64,000 bases of DNA, taken from IMG/VR virus record IMGVR_UViG_3300044445_000048, positions 1 through 64,000 of that record. One strand, given 5' to 3'. Shown here in pieces: positions 18,078-25,548 of the stretch. The notes beneath the pieces are model-generated. The model made no database searches, was not told the origin of the DNA, and worked only from the letters and a program-made list of their open reading frames with translations. The stretch comes from a virus. The translations under genes were made by a program, and so were the position numbers. Numbering within the stretch: position 1 is the stretch's first letter; every line of letters starts with the position of its first letter.

Positions 18078-19005
18078 TCTCCGCTACGTCGACCGGGAGC
18101 TCGAGGCATCGAAGGTGATGCAGCGGATGCTCAACCACCCGCTCGCGATCCGTGAAGCCAACTTCCCCATGATCCTGTCGGCGGTGCGGGCGAAGTACGG
18201 CCTCAAGTCCATCACGATGGGCGACGCCATGTTCGGCGAGGATGACATGGCCGCGCTGGCGATGAGCGGCGGCAAGCAGGCGATGGCGCGCGACGCGCAA
18301 CGCCGCAACGGCCGAATCTTCGACGAGAGCGAGGGCATCGCCGTCATCCCTGTGTACGGCACGCTGACCAAAAGCTGGGGGCTCGATCCGTGGTCGGGCA
18401 TCACCGGCTACGACGGGATCGAGGCGAAGGTGGTCGCCGCGATGCTCGACGAGAATATCCGCGGGATCTGGTTCGATATCGAGTCCGGCGGCGGCGACGT
18501 GTCCGGCCTGTTCGATCTGTGCGATCTTATCTGGTCATGCAACGCCTTCAACGGCGGCAAGCCGATCTACGCGATGGCGAACGAATACGCCTACTCGGCG
18601 GCGTATGCGATCTTCTCATGCGCCGATAAGGGGTTCGTTCCCCGGTACGGCGGCGTCGGATCGGTCGGTGTCATCACCGCGCACGCCAGCTATGCCCGCG
18701 CCTACGAGCAGGCCGGCGTCGATATCACCGTGATCCGCGGCGGCGAGGAGAAGGCTCGCATGAACGCGATGGAGACGCTGCCCGAGAAAACCCGCCTGCA
18801 CGTCCAGCGCCAGGTCGATACGATCCGCACCGGTTTCATTCAGATGGTTTCGCGAAATCGCCGTTCAGCGGTCTCCGAAAAAACTGTTCGCGAAACTGAG
18901 GGGCTGGATTATATGGGCGAGGACGCGAGGGCCATCGGGTTTGTCACCGAAGTTTGTTCTGAGCATGAGGCTTGGGGTAAACTCGTGAGGCGGGTACAAA
19001 AGTAA
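18064..19005 (+). CDS. S49 (SppA/ClpP-fold) head maturation protease
   Basis: IAVIPVYGTL...IWFDIESGGGDVSGLFDL...AYSAAYAIFSCADK follows the S49 peptidase pattern. Start trimmed to ATG 18064 (AAGGAA upstream). Confidence 0.85.
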   Translation: MQMPDLRYVDRELEASKVMQRMLNHPLAIREANFPMILSAVRAKYGLKSITMGDAMFGEDDMAALAMSGGKQAMARDAQRRNGRIFDESEGIAVIPVYGTLTKSWGLDPWSGITGYDGIEAKVVAAMLDENIRGIWFDIESGGGDVSGLFDLCDLIWSCNAFNGGKPIYAMANEYAYSAAYAIFSCADKGFVPRYGGVGSVGVITAHASYARAYEQAGVDITVIRGGEEKARMNAMETLPEKTRLHVQRQVDTIRTGFIQMVSRNRRSAVSEKTVRETEGLDYMGEDARAIGFVTEVCSEHEAWGKLVRRVQK

Positions 19006-19032
19006 CCGCAACACCGATGGGAGATTTTCGAC

Positions 19033-19758
19033 GTGTCCACCGCTCAGACCACTCGTTTCGCCGGGCTCCGCGCACTAGCCGCCAAGATCGGCAGTAGCGT
19101 GTCGGGTGCCGCTCTCACCGCCGGCCAGCCCGGCGCGAGTGAGGAGCCGCTCGATCCGGCCGATGGTCCCGCCCCCGAAGATGACGACGACGCGGCCGCT
19201 GGCACTGGTGCCGGCGAAGGCGAAGGCAACGAAGGAGAGGGCAATGCTCCCGACGATTCCGAAGCTGGCAATGCCGGGGCTGGCGCTGGTGAAGGCGACG
19301 ATCCGGCACCCGGAGGTGCAGGTGAGCCGGCCGGCGGCGGCACCGATGCTTCGTACAACCGAGGCTACGCCGCCGCTTCCGGGCGCTGGGCCGCGACGTT
19401 CTTGAATGAGAGCTGCCGCGCGAACCTCGAGCTCGCGACCGATCTGCTTGCCGACACCAACATGACGCCGGACAAGATCGCGGCATACTGCTCGCGCAAC
19501 GCCGGCGGCAGCAGCGCGTCGACGGGACAGCAGCGCCTCGCCACCACCCCCAAGCCTAAGGTCGGGGTCGAGGGCGGCGGCATCAACGGCGGTACGCCCG
19601 GCGAGCAGGACGAAGGCCAGGTCGCTCGCAAGGCCGCGACCGCCCACGTCAACACCGGAGCCAAGCGCCGCGCCGCCGCCGCCGGTGTGGCGACGCGCCG
19701 CGCCGGCGGGCCGAAGCCCGGCAACATCACGGCCGACGCCGCCGGCGCTGGCAAGTAA
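19033..19758 (+). CDS. scaffold-like protein (GTG start) with an acidic Gly-rich region
   Basis: It lies between the protease and the decoration/capsid genes. The call is by position only. Confidence 0.45.
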   Translation: MSTAQTTRFAGLRALAAKIGSSVSGAALTAGQPGASEEPLDPADGPAPEDDDDAAAGTGAGEGEGNEGEGNAPDDSEAGNAGAGAGEGDDPAPGGAGEPAGGGTDASYNRGYAAASGRWAATFLNESCRANLELATDLLADTNMTPDKIAAYCSRNAGGSSASTGQQRLATTPKPKVGVEGGGINGGTPGEQDEGQVARKAATAHVNTGAKRRAAAAGVATRRAGGPKPGNITADAAGAGK

Positions 19759-19772
19759 GGGAGCGAAGTATC

Positions 19773-20447
19773 ATGTTGCCAACCAAGCATTTCAGCGACG
19801 CCGGCCTCGATTGGGGCTTCCTGGTTTCCGAACCGAGCAACAACCGCATCGCGCGCGAGCAGGGCATGCTGGGGGCGAGCGCAACGGCGCTGGTCGCCGG
19901 CACCGTGCTGGGTGTCGCCACGCTGGGCTCGGCGGGTTCCGCTCCCGGCAAGGTCACTGGCGGCGCGAATACCGGCAACGGCACGCTGACCCTCGATCCC
20001 ACCACGCCGGTGCTCGCCGATGCTGCCCCCGGCGACTATCAGGTGACGTTCACGGCACCGACGCACTACCGCGTCGAGAAGCCGAACGGCGACGTGATCG
20101 GTGAAGGCGACACCGGCGTGGCGTTCAGCGACGACGTGAAATTCACGATCGCCGCCGGCGGCACCGCCTTCGTGGCTGGTGACGGGTTCAAGATCACGGT
20201 CGCCACCGGCTCGGGCATCGCGGTGCCGCTGACGCTGGCGGCGCTCGACGGTGGTCAGGTCGCGACCAAGATCTTGGGCATGGGGCAGAAGGCATCGGCC
20301 ACGCCGCAGCGCGTGACGTTCTCCACCGGCCCCGGCGTCGAGGTGAACGGCAACCTGCTCACTTGGCCGGTGGGCATCACCGCTACGCAGAAGAAGGTCG
20401 CCGAGGCGCAACTCGCCGCCAAGGGTATCAAGGTCCGCTACGGCTGA
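19773..20447 (+). CDS. head decoration protein (gpD-like) with a ~95-aa internal insertion
   Basis: N-terminal ...LVAGTVLGVAT and C-terminal ...VNGNLLTWPVGITATQKKVAEAQLAAKGIKVRYG fit the decoration-protein pattern. It lies directly upstream of the gpE-like capsid gene. Confidence 0.6.
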   Translation: MLPTKHFSDAGLDWGFLVSEPSNNRIAREQGMLGASATALVAGTVLGVATLGSAGSAPGKVTGGANTGNGTLTLDPTTPVLADAAPGDYQVTFTAPTHYRVEKPNGDVIGEGDTGVAFSDDVKFTIAAGGTAFVAGDGFKITVATGSGIAVPLTLAALDGGQVATKILGMGQKASATPQRVTFSTGPGVEVNGNLLTWPVGITATQKKVAEAQLAAKGIKVRYG

Positions 20448-20519
20448 TCAACGGCCCGTCCCATGTGGGGCGGGCCGCAACAACACCGCGCCGCTCGGCG
20501 GGTAGTATGGGGAACGACG

Positions 20520-21578
20520 ATGGACGAACTGGCGCTGGATATCTTTCGCACGGACGATTTCCGCGCGACCACGATGACGGAGCTCGTCTCCGATCAGGAG
20601 TATGTACCGTTCGAGCTCGAGGCGATGAACATCTTTGAGCCGGTCTATCTCCGGACTCAGACGGTGACGATCTACTCGGAGGAGGGCGCGCTCTATCATC
20701 GCATCCCGACCACCGAGCGCGGTGCTCCCGAGCCGGTCGCGACCCGCCGGGGCCGCGTGATCCGGCAGATCGAAGGTCCGCGTCTCGCCAAGCGCGATCG
20801 CGTGAACGCCGGCGAAGTCGCTGGCCTGCTCAGCCCCCGCCTGCCGACCGCCGATCGCCTGATGAACGCGAACGAACTGGTCGCCGAGCGTCAGAATGGC
20901 CTGATCGACGATCTCAAGATCACTCAGGAATTTTGGTATCTGGGCGGCATCCAGGGCGTGATCCTCGACGCCGACGACACGAGCGTGGTGGCGAACTATT
21001 ACGAGGACTTCAACGTCCTGCCGCCGACGCCGATCATGTTCGACTTCGACGATTATCTCGAGCCGCAGGATCAGGGCAAGCTGCGCCAGATGATCGACGC
21101 CGAGATCAACACGCCGATGATGCGTGCGCTGGGCTCGCGTCGCCGCCGGCCGGGCATGTCGATCCACGCGCTTTGCGGCGATGCCTTCTGGTCGCAGATC
21201 TCGAGCTCGCCGGCGTATGAGCGCATCATGCTCACCGACGCGGGCCGGGCCATGCTCAACCAGACGCGCCTGTGGCAGTCGATCACGATCGGCGGCGTGA
21301 CGTGGTGGCACTATTTCGGCGACGACGATCAGGTTCTGTCGGTGGCGTCGGATGAAGCGATCTTCTTCCCGATGGGCGCGAAGGATGTATTCAAGCAATA
21401 CTTCTTCCCCGGCGAGGAGCTCGGCCGCGAGAATGAGCGTGCGCAGGAGCTCTACTCGGTGGTGTCGCCGGACAACCGGATCAACATGAACGAATACGTG
21501 GATATCTACGTCCGTTCGTACACGTTGCCGGTGTGCCTGTGCCCGCAGGCCCTCACCCGCGCGAAGCTGGCCGCGTAA
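20520..21578 (+). CDS. major capsid protein, lambda gpE family
   Basis: MDELALDIFRTDDFRATTMTELVSDQEYVPFELEAMNIFEPVYLRTQTVTI matches the gpE-type N-terminal pattern. It is 352 aa from ATG 20520. Confidence 0.85.
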   Translation: MDELALDIFRTDDFRATTMTELVSDQEYVPFELEAMNIFEPVYLRTQTVTIYSEEGALYHRIPTTERGAPEPVATRRGRVIRQIEGPRLAKRDRVNAGEVAGLLSPRLPTADRLMNANELVAERQNGLIDDLKITQEFWYLGGIQGVILDADDTSVVANYYEDFNVLPPTPIMFDFDDYLEPQDQGKLRQMIDAEINTPMMRALGSRRRRPGMSIHALCGDAFWSQISSSPAYERIMLTDAGRAMLNQTRLWQSITIGGVTWWHYFGDDDQVLSVASDEAIFFPMGAKDVFKQYFFPGEELGRENERAQELYSVVSPDNRINMNEYVDIYVRSYTLPVCLCPQALTRAKLAA

Positions 21579-21602
21579 CCGCGAGCCGTAGGGAGAAGCA
21601 CG

Positions 21603-22274
21603 ATGGTAAAGATGAAGACTCTGGGCGGCACGGCGGATGCGATGTTCGGCGATGTGACGGTGAAGGCCATGAAGCGCGGGAGCTATGTCTCCCGCGTGGG
21701 TATCATTCACGTCGACAACAACAAGAAGGCGCACCCCCAGGCGCAGAAGCGTTCGCTGCCGGCCGACGTCGCCGATGCGATGGAAGCGCAGGGGCTCGTG
21801 AAGGTGCTCAAGAGCGTCACGCTCGAGGGCGAGGAAGCCGCCATCTACATGGGCGAGAACCTCGACGCGCTGGCGTTGCAGCGCCGGCAGGACGGCGCGA
21901 TGCGCGAGGAGGAGCACCCGTTCCTCAATTCCGGTGCGGACACGCGCGACACCACCGCGTTCGCGACGCGGCCGCTGCTCAACACCGGCGCGCGCGCGGT
22001 CGATGCCGCGGCGGCGGCGGGTGCCGGATCTCCGGACGCGGTCGGCTCCTCGACCGTGAGCGAGGGCAGCATGTCGCACGCCAGCGACGAGAACGGCGAT
22101 CACGGCCAAGAGGGCGGCGAGGGTGACGCTGCCGGCGGCGACGCTCCTCCGCTGGACGGCGAGGACGGCGGCACGGACGGCACCGAGGGCAGCGCCCCCG
22201 GCACCGAGCAGCAGCACCAGACCGATCGTGCGCCGCGCCGTGCTGGCGGCGGGAAGGCCAAGACGACGGCGTGA
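21603..22274 (+). CDS. hypothetical head-associated protein with an acidic Gly-rich tail
   Basis: Track ORF with an RBS (GGGAGAAG) upstream. No motif recognised. Confidence 0.55.
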   Translation: MVKMKTLGGTADAMFGDVTVKAMKRGSYVSRVGIIHVDNNKKAHPQAQKRSLPADVADAMEAQGLVKVLKSVTLEGEEAAIYMGENLDALALQRRQDGAMREEEHPFLNSGADTRDTTAFATRPLLNTGARAVDAAAAAGAGSPDAVGSSTVSEGSMSHASDENGDHGQEGGEGDAAGGDAPPLDGEDGGTDGTEGSAPGTEQQHQTDRAPRRAGGGKAKTTA

Positions 22275-22636
22275 TGGCACTCCGGTACGAGGATATCGCA
22301 CCGAAGATGGACGCCCAGGTGAGTGATCGCCTGGGCGTTTCCATATCGTATGCGGCGAGCAGCGGCGGCTACACCGAGATCCGCGGGTTCGTGATCGACA
22401 CCGATCCGGGCGACGACACGGCGGCGATCGCGATCGACGAGCTTCCGGAGCGCAAGCGGATGAAGATCGACCTGGTCGAGATCGCGAAGGCGACCGGCCG
22501 CATGAAGCCGAGCGTCCACGATCGCATCATCTGCCCGCGTCTCGGCGATGGGGTGTGGCGGCCGGGATCGAAGAAGCCGCGCAACACCGGTCGATCGGTG
22601 ATCTTCGACGTGGTGAGGAGCAACGCAACGTCATGA
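22271..22636 (+). CDS. head-tail connector or completion protein candidate
   Basis: Called from size and position after the capsid gene. The start overlaps the upstream stop. Confidence 0.5.
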   Translation: MMALRYEDIAPKMDAQVSDRLGVSISYAASSGGYTEIRGFVIDTDPGDDTAAIAIDELPERKRMKIDLVEIAKATGRMKPSVHDRIICPRLGDGVWRPGSKKPRNTGRSVIFDVVRSNATS

Positions 22637-23172
22637 CGCCCGAGGTAAAGATCCTGACCGTCGTGAAAGACGTGCTCGAGGCGGTCGATTGGGCGTGGAT
22701 CGGCTTCCCCGCCATGCTGGTTCGGCACCGTCGCAATCGCCCGAGCACCGCCGAGGAGGGCGTCGGCGGCTGCATCGCCATTCGCTATCTCAGCGACGCC
22801 CCGCGCGAGGATCAGTCGCAAGGCGGCTATCTGACGCCGGACGAAATGGCGGTTAGCATGGCGCTGGCGTTCGAGATTGATCTCCCGCTTCCGCCCGAGG
22901 TGACGGCGGAGGATGCCGCGGCCGGCGTGGAAGATCTCGATCCGACCGGCCTGCTCGGCGTGACGACGATCAGCGGCGCGATAAAGCGCGCGCTCAAGGC
23001 AGAGGATTCGATGCTGCGCCAGTGGGCAGACTTCGCTGAATACGAAGGTCAGTCGGGCGATCAGGATCAGAACACCGAGGATCAAGGTCGGTTGGACCTT
23101 TCGATGGGTGTGATATACCGGGTGGACACAACGGACCCGACCCGGCTGTTGGCGCAGGGAGAACAGGCGTGA
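22633..23172 (+). CDS. head-tail connector or tail completion candidate (179 aa)
   Basis: ATGA overlap at 22633. Called by position only. Confidence 0.5.
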   Translation: MTPEVKILTVVKDVLEAVDWAWIGFPAMLVRHRRNRPSTAEEGVGGCIAIRYLSDAPREDQSQGGYLTPDEMAVSMALAFEIDLPLPPEVTAEDAAAGVEDLDPTGLLGVTTISGAIKRALKAEDSMLRQWADFAEYEGQSGDQDQNTEDQGRLDLSMGVIYRVDTTDPTRLLAQGEQA

Positions 23173-23627
23173 AGAAAGAACTATTGGTCGACGCATCCGG
23201 GCGGAGGAGCCTCGACCCAAAGCATGCTCCGATCAGCATCCCGCCGGGCAGTTTCGACATGGAGGCGCTGTTGCCGGCGCTCGAGAAGGCGCACGATAAG
23301 GACGATCGCACCACGGCTGTTGCCGATGCGATCCTGTCGGCGGCGGCAGAGGGCACGAACATCGTTGACCGCGATCGCCGCGCGATGGACGGTTTCGTGT
23401 TCGTCGACGTCGAGAACACCGAGCTCGGCGTGACCGAGACCGTCCAGGTGTTCGACGCTAAGACCGCGGTCGCCGAGGAGCGCGCGGCCGAGCGCGCCGC
23501 AGCGCGTGAGAGCGCGCCGAAGTCGAAGCGCACGCGCACCCGCGCTCGCAAGTCCACCCCACCTGCCGCCAAGGTCGAGGACGCGGACACCGCGCTCAAA
23601 GCCGCCGCCGCCACCGATCAGGAGTAA
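23169..23627 (+). CDS. hypothetical structural-module protein (GTG start)
   Basis: GTGA overlap at the start. The C-terminus is basic. Confidence 0.5.
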   Translation: MKKELLVDASGRRSLDPKHAPISIPPGSFDMEALLPALEKAHDKDDRTTAVADAILSAAAEGTNIVDRDRRAMDGFVFVDVENTELGVTETVQVFDAKTAVAEERAAERAAARESAPKSKRTRTRARKSTPPAAKVEDADTALKAAAATDQE

Positions 23628-23632
23628 GTACC

Positions 23633-24832
23633 TTGTCATGGAACCATCGTGATCGCATCTTCGCGATCGGCATCACCATCCAGCCCGTCGCCGGCCAGTT
23701 TAACCCGCCGGCGCAGGCGGATCTGATCGGCTGCTCGAGCCCCGAGAACGGCAACGATCTGATCAGCGCGGCTGACCCGACGCAAACCGGTACGATCTGG
23801 GATCAGGCCCGGATCTATCTCGGCGAGCGCGGCACGGTTGGCGGCACCATCCCGCTGCGCGGCCCCGGCGGCGCGACGCCCCCGGTCGGCAATGGCTGGG
23901 CGGTCGGCCGGATCTTGCAGGGGTGCGGCTTCGCTGAGCAGCGTCTCGGCACGGCGACGGCGGCGGTCGCGCTGGGTGCGGGTTCGACCACCGGGCAGCT
24001 TGTGCTCAACGCGAGCGAGCCGGCGATCGATGACGTCTATGTCGGCATCCCGATCATCCACACGGCGATCGGCTCCGGCGTCCGCAGCTTCACGCTGATC
24101 CGCGATTACATCGGCGCGACCAAGACGGCGATCTTGGCGGAAACGCTGAGCCAGGTGCCGACCGGGAACTATCGCTTCCCGGCTTACCTCGCCTACGTGC
24201 TCAGCACGCTCGGCATCGCGCCGCCGCTGCTCTCGATCTCGGTGTGGAAGGATAAGAAGCGGTATGACTATCGCGACTGCGTCATTTCGTCCTGGTCCGT
24301 CGACTCCCCGGTGGCGAACGAAGCCAACCAGAGCTTCCCCTCGTTGCAGTTTTCGGCGGTGGGCGTCCCGATCGATCCGTATGCGGCAACGACGCCGACG
24401 CTGCCGGACGCAGTCAAGAACGTGCCGGTGCCGGGCAACCGCGGCGGTAAATTCTTCCTCGACTCGGTGCTGCTCGGTCACGGTGGATCGAAGTTTTCGC
24501 TCACGCTCGAGACGGGCGCGGCGTCGAACTCGAACCAGGACGCCGGTCAGGACGGCTACGATATCCTCTCGGGCTCGCGCACGCTCGAAATGGATCTCAA
24601 CCAGATGGACGTCACCGACTTCGATCTGGTCGGCCGCACGAAGGCGCAGACGCGCATCCCGATGCTCGACACCTGGGGCCTGGGCGGCGGCAACAACGTC
24701 GGCATGCTCGTGCCGAACATGGTGCTCGACCCGATGAAGCCCGGCGCGCGGAACGGCTACGTCAGCCTGACCGGCAACGGTAATCTGGTCGACGTCGACA
24801 AGTCGTTTGCGATCGCGTTCCCGTACCTCTAA
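23633..24832 (+). CDS. major tail protein candidate (TTG start)
   Basis: It is the last large ORF before the chaperone and tape-measure genes. CAGGAG lies 8 nt upstream of the TTG, and a strong terminator follows. Confidence 0.5.
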   Translation: MSWNHRDRIFAIGITIQPVAGQFNPPAQADLIGCSSPENGNDLISAADPTQTGTIWDQARIYLGERGTVGGTIPLRGPGGATPPVGNGWAVGRILQGCGFAEQRLGTATAAVALGAGSTTGQLVLNASEPAIDDVYVGIPIIHTAIGSGVRSFTLIRDYIGATKTAILAETLSQVPTGNYRFPAYLAYVLSTLGIAPPLLSISVWKDKKRYDYRDCVISSWSVDSPVANEANQSFPSLQFSAVGVPIDPYAATTPTLPDAVKNVPVPGNRGGKFFLDSVLLGHGGSKFSLTLETGAASNSNQDAGQDGYDILSGSRTLEMDLNQMDVTDFDLVGRTKAQTRIPMLDTWGLGGGNNVGMLVPNMVLDPMKPGARNGYVSLTGNGNLVDVDKSFAIAFPYL

Positions 24833-24859
24833 GGGGAACTCGTCTCAGTCGATCGGTGG

Positions 24860-24894
24860 GGGGCGGTGGGGAAACTCACCGCCCCTTTCCTTTT
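24860..24894 (+). terminator. rho-independent terminator after the major tail gene
   Basis: The stem GGGGCGGTG (24860-68) pairs with CACCGCCCC (24877-85) for 9 bp. The loop is GGGAAACT and the tract TTTCCTTTT follows. Confidence 0.75.
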
Positions 24895-24929
24895 GTCCAG
24901 ACGTGTGGCAACGATCGCGGCGTCGGTGA

Positions 24930-25005
24930 CGCGGGGTGGCGCAGTCCGGTAGCGCAACGGGCTCATAACCTGTAGGTCGCGGGTTCAAATCCCGCCTCCG
25001 CAACC
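24930..25005 (+). tRNA. tRNA-Met (anticodon CAT), initiator-like acceptor stem
   Basis: A manual cloverleaf folds as CGCGGGG/TG/GCGC-AGTCCGGTA-GCGC/A/ACGGG-CTCATAA-CCTGT/AGGTC/GCGGG-TTCAAAT-CCCGC/CTCCGCA/A. It has a C1xA72 mismatch and closely resembles E. coli tRNA-fMet. Only CC of the CCA end is encoded. Confidence 0.85.
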
Positions 25006-25548
25006 GACACAAGATCCCGAGCGAAAGCTCGCCCTGCCAGCGCCTCGAGCAAAGGCAGGAGTCGGTTCCCGACTGCACGGCGGGGAGGAACTTGCGAGTG
25101 AGTAGGCCCAAGGCTGGCGGAGCCTAGAATACCGGGAGGAGCGGCGCGGACTCGGCGCTCCCGTTGTGGCTGTGACCGGGGATGCGGTTGCGGAGGCAGC
25201 GATAAGGCATCGCCCCGTTAGGCTACGGCCGCAAGCGGGGAGGCGCTCCTCCCTACCAGTTTCAAGGTTCCCCGCGAGGGGGTCCGGTGGTCGCGGGTTC
25301 GAGCCCCGCTGACGGGTGGCGCGCCTGTTGTAGCTCAGTCGGTAGAGCACCGGATTACTTTGACGGCGGCAGGCGTGGCGACCGCGCTCCGCAAGGGTTC
25401 GGGGTTTCAAGTCACCCCCGATTGCCGCCGTCGATCAGTCCCGTTCCTCCGGGGCCGAAAGGTAAGAGGCGTCCGGCACGACACGCCGGTAGGCTGGGGT
25501 GTCCGCTGCACTGTTAAGGGCGGATGCATGGCACCCCGCCCGTCCCGC
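25006..25548 (+). ncRNA. candidate large structured non-coding RNA between the two tRNAs
   Basis: The region has no credible ORF; all six frames give Arg/Pro/Gly junk. Stems are dense, including GNRA-capped hairpins at 25018-31 (GAAA), 25270-81 (GCGA), 25388-97 (GCAA) and 25454-63 (GAAA). Nested helices lie at 25496-25537. Confidence 0.4.
25283..25354 (+). ncRNA. circularly permuted tRNA-shaped module (T-arm, capped acceptor stem, D-arm)
   Basis: The T-arm is GCGGG-TTCGAGC-CCCGC (25293-309). TGACGGG (25310-16) pairs with CCTGTTG (25324-30) across a 7-nt cap. The D-arm is GCTC-AGTCGGTA-GAGC (25333-48). TCCGG (25283-87) pairs with CCGGA (25350-54). Confidence 0.55.

Noticed and set aside
25185-25197. 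An attP core or integration scar, read as an inverted copy of the tRNA-Met 3' end.
   Set aside because: No integrase or recombinase gene is present anywhere in the window. The copy is only 13 nt long and inverted. It is kept as a finding about RNA pairing rather than as a mobile-element call.
25214-25317. A 104-nt class II or Sec-like tRNA using CCCGTTA (25214-20) as the 5' acceptor strand for TGACGGG.
   Set aside because: The acceptor pairing works, but no D-arm or anticodon arm can be drawn in between. The segment instead forms GGGAGG-CGCT-CCTCCC and CCCC-GCGA-GGGG hairpins.
25283-25440. A two-piece (permuted) tmRNA gene of the alphaproteobacterial type.
   Set aside because: The T-arm-then-5'-acceptor order is similar. 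However, no CCA follows the acceptor 3' strand. Position 3:70 is U.G rather than the G3.U70 alanine identity pair. The D-arm is fully canonical, unlike tmRNA. No tag-peptide reading frame ending in a typical ...LAA-type tag was seen.
25324-25548. A group I intron interrupting a tRNA in the anticodon loop, with 25324-25354 as the 5' exon.
   Set aside because: No downstream T-arm or matching acceptor 3' strand exists before tRNA-Trp. I could not find the conserved P7-region core seen in known tRNA group I introns (AGAGACUAGACGG-like). The matching T-arm lies upstream, which fits the permuted reading instead.
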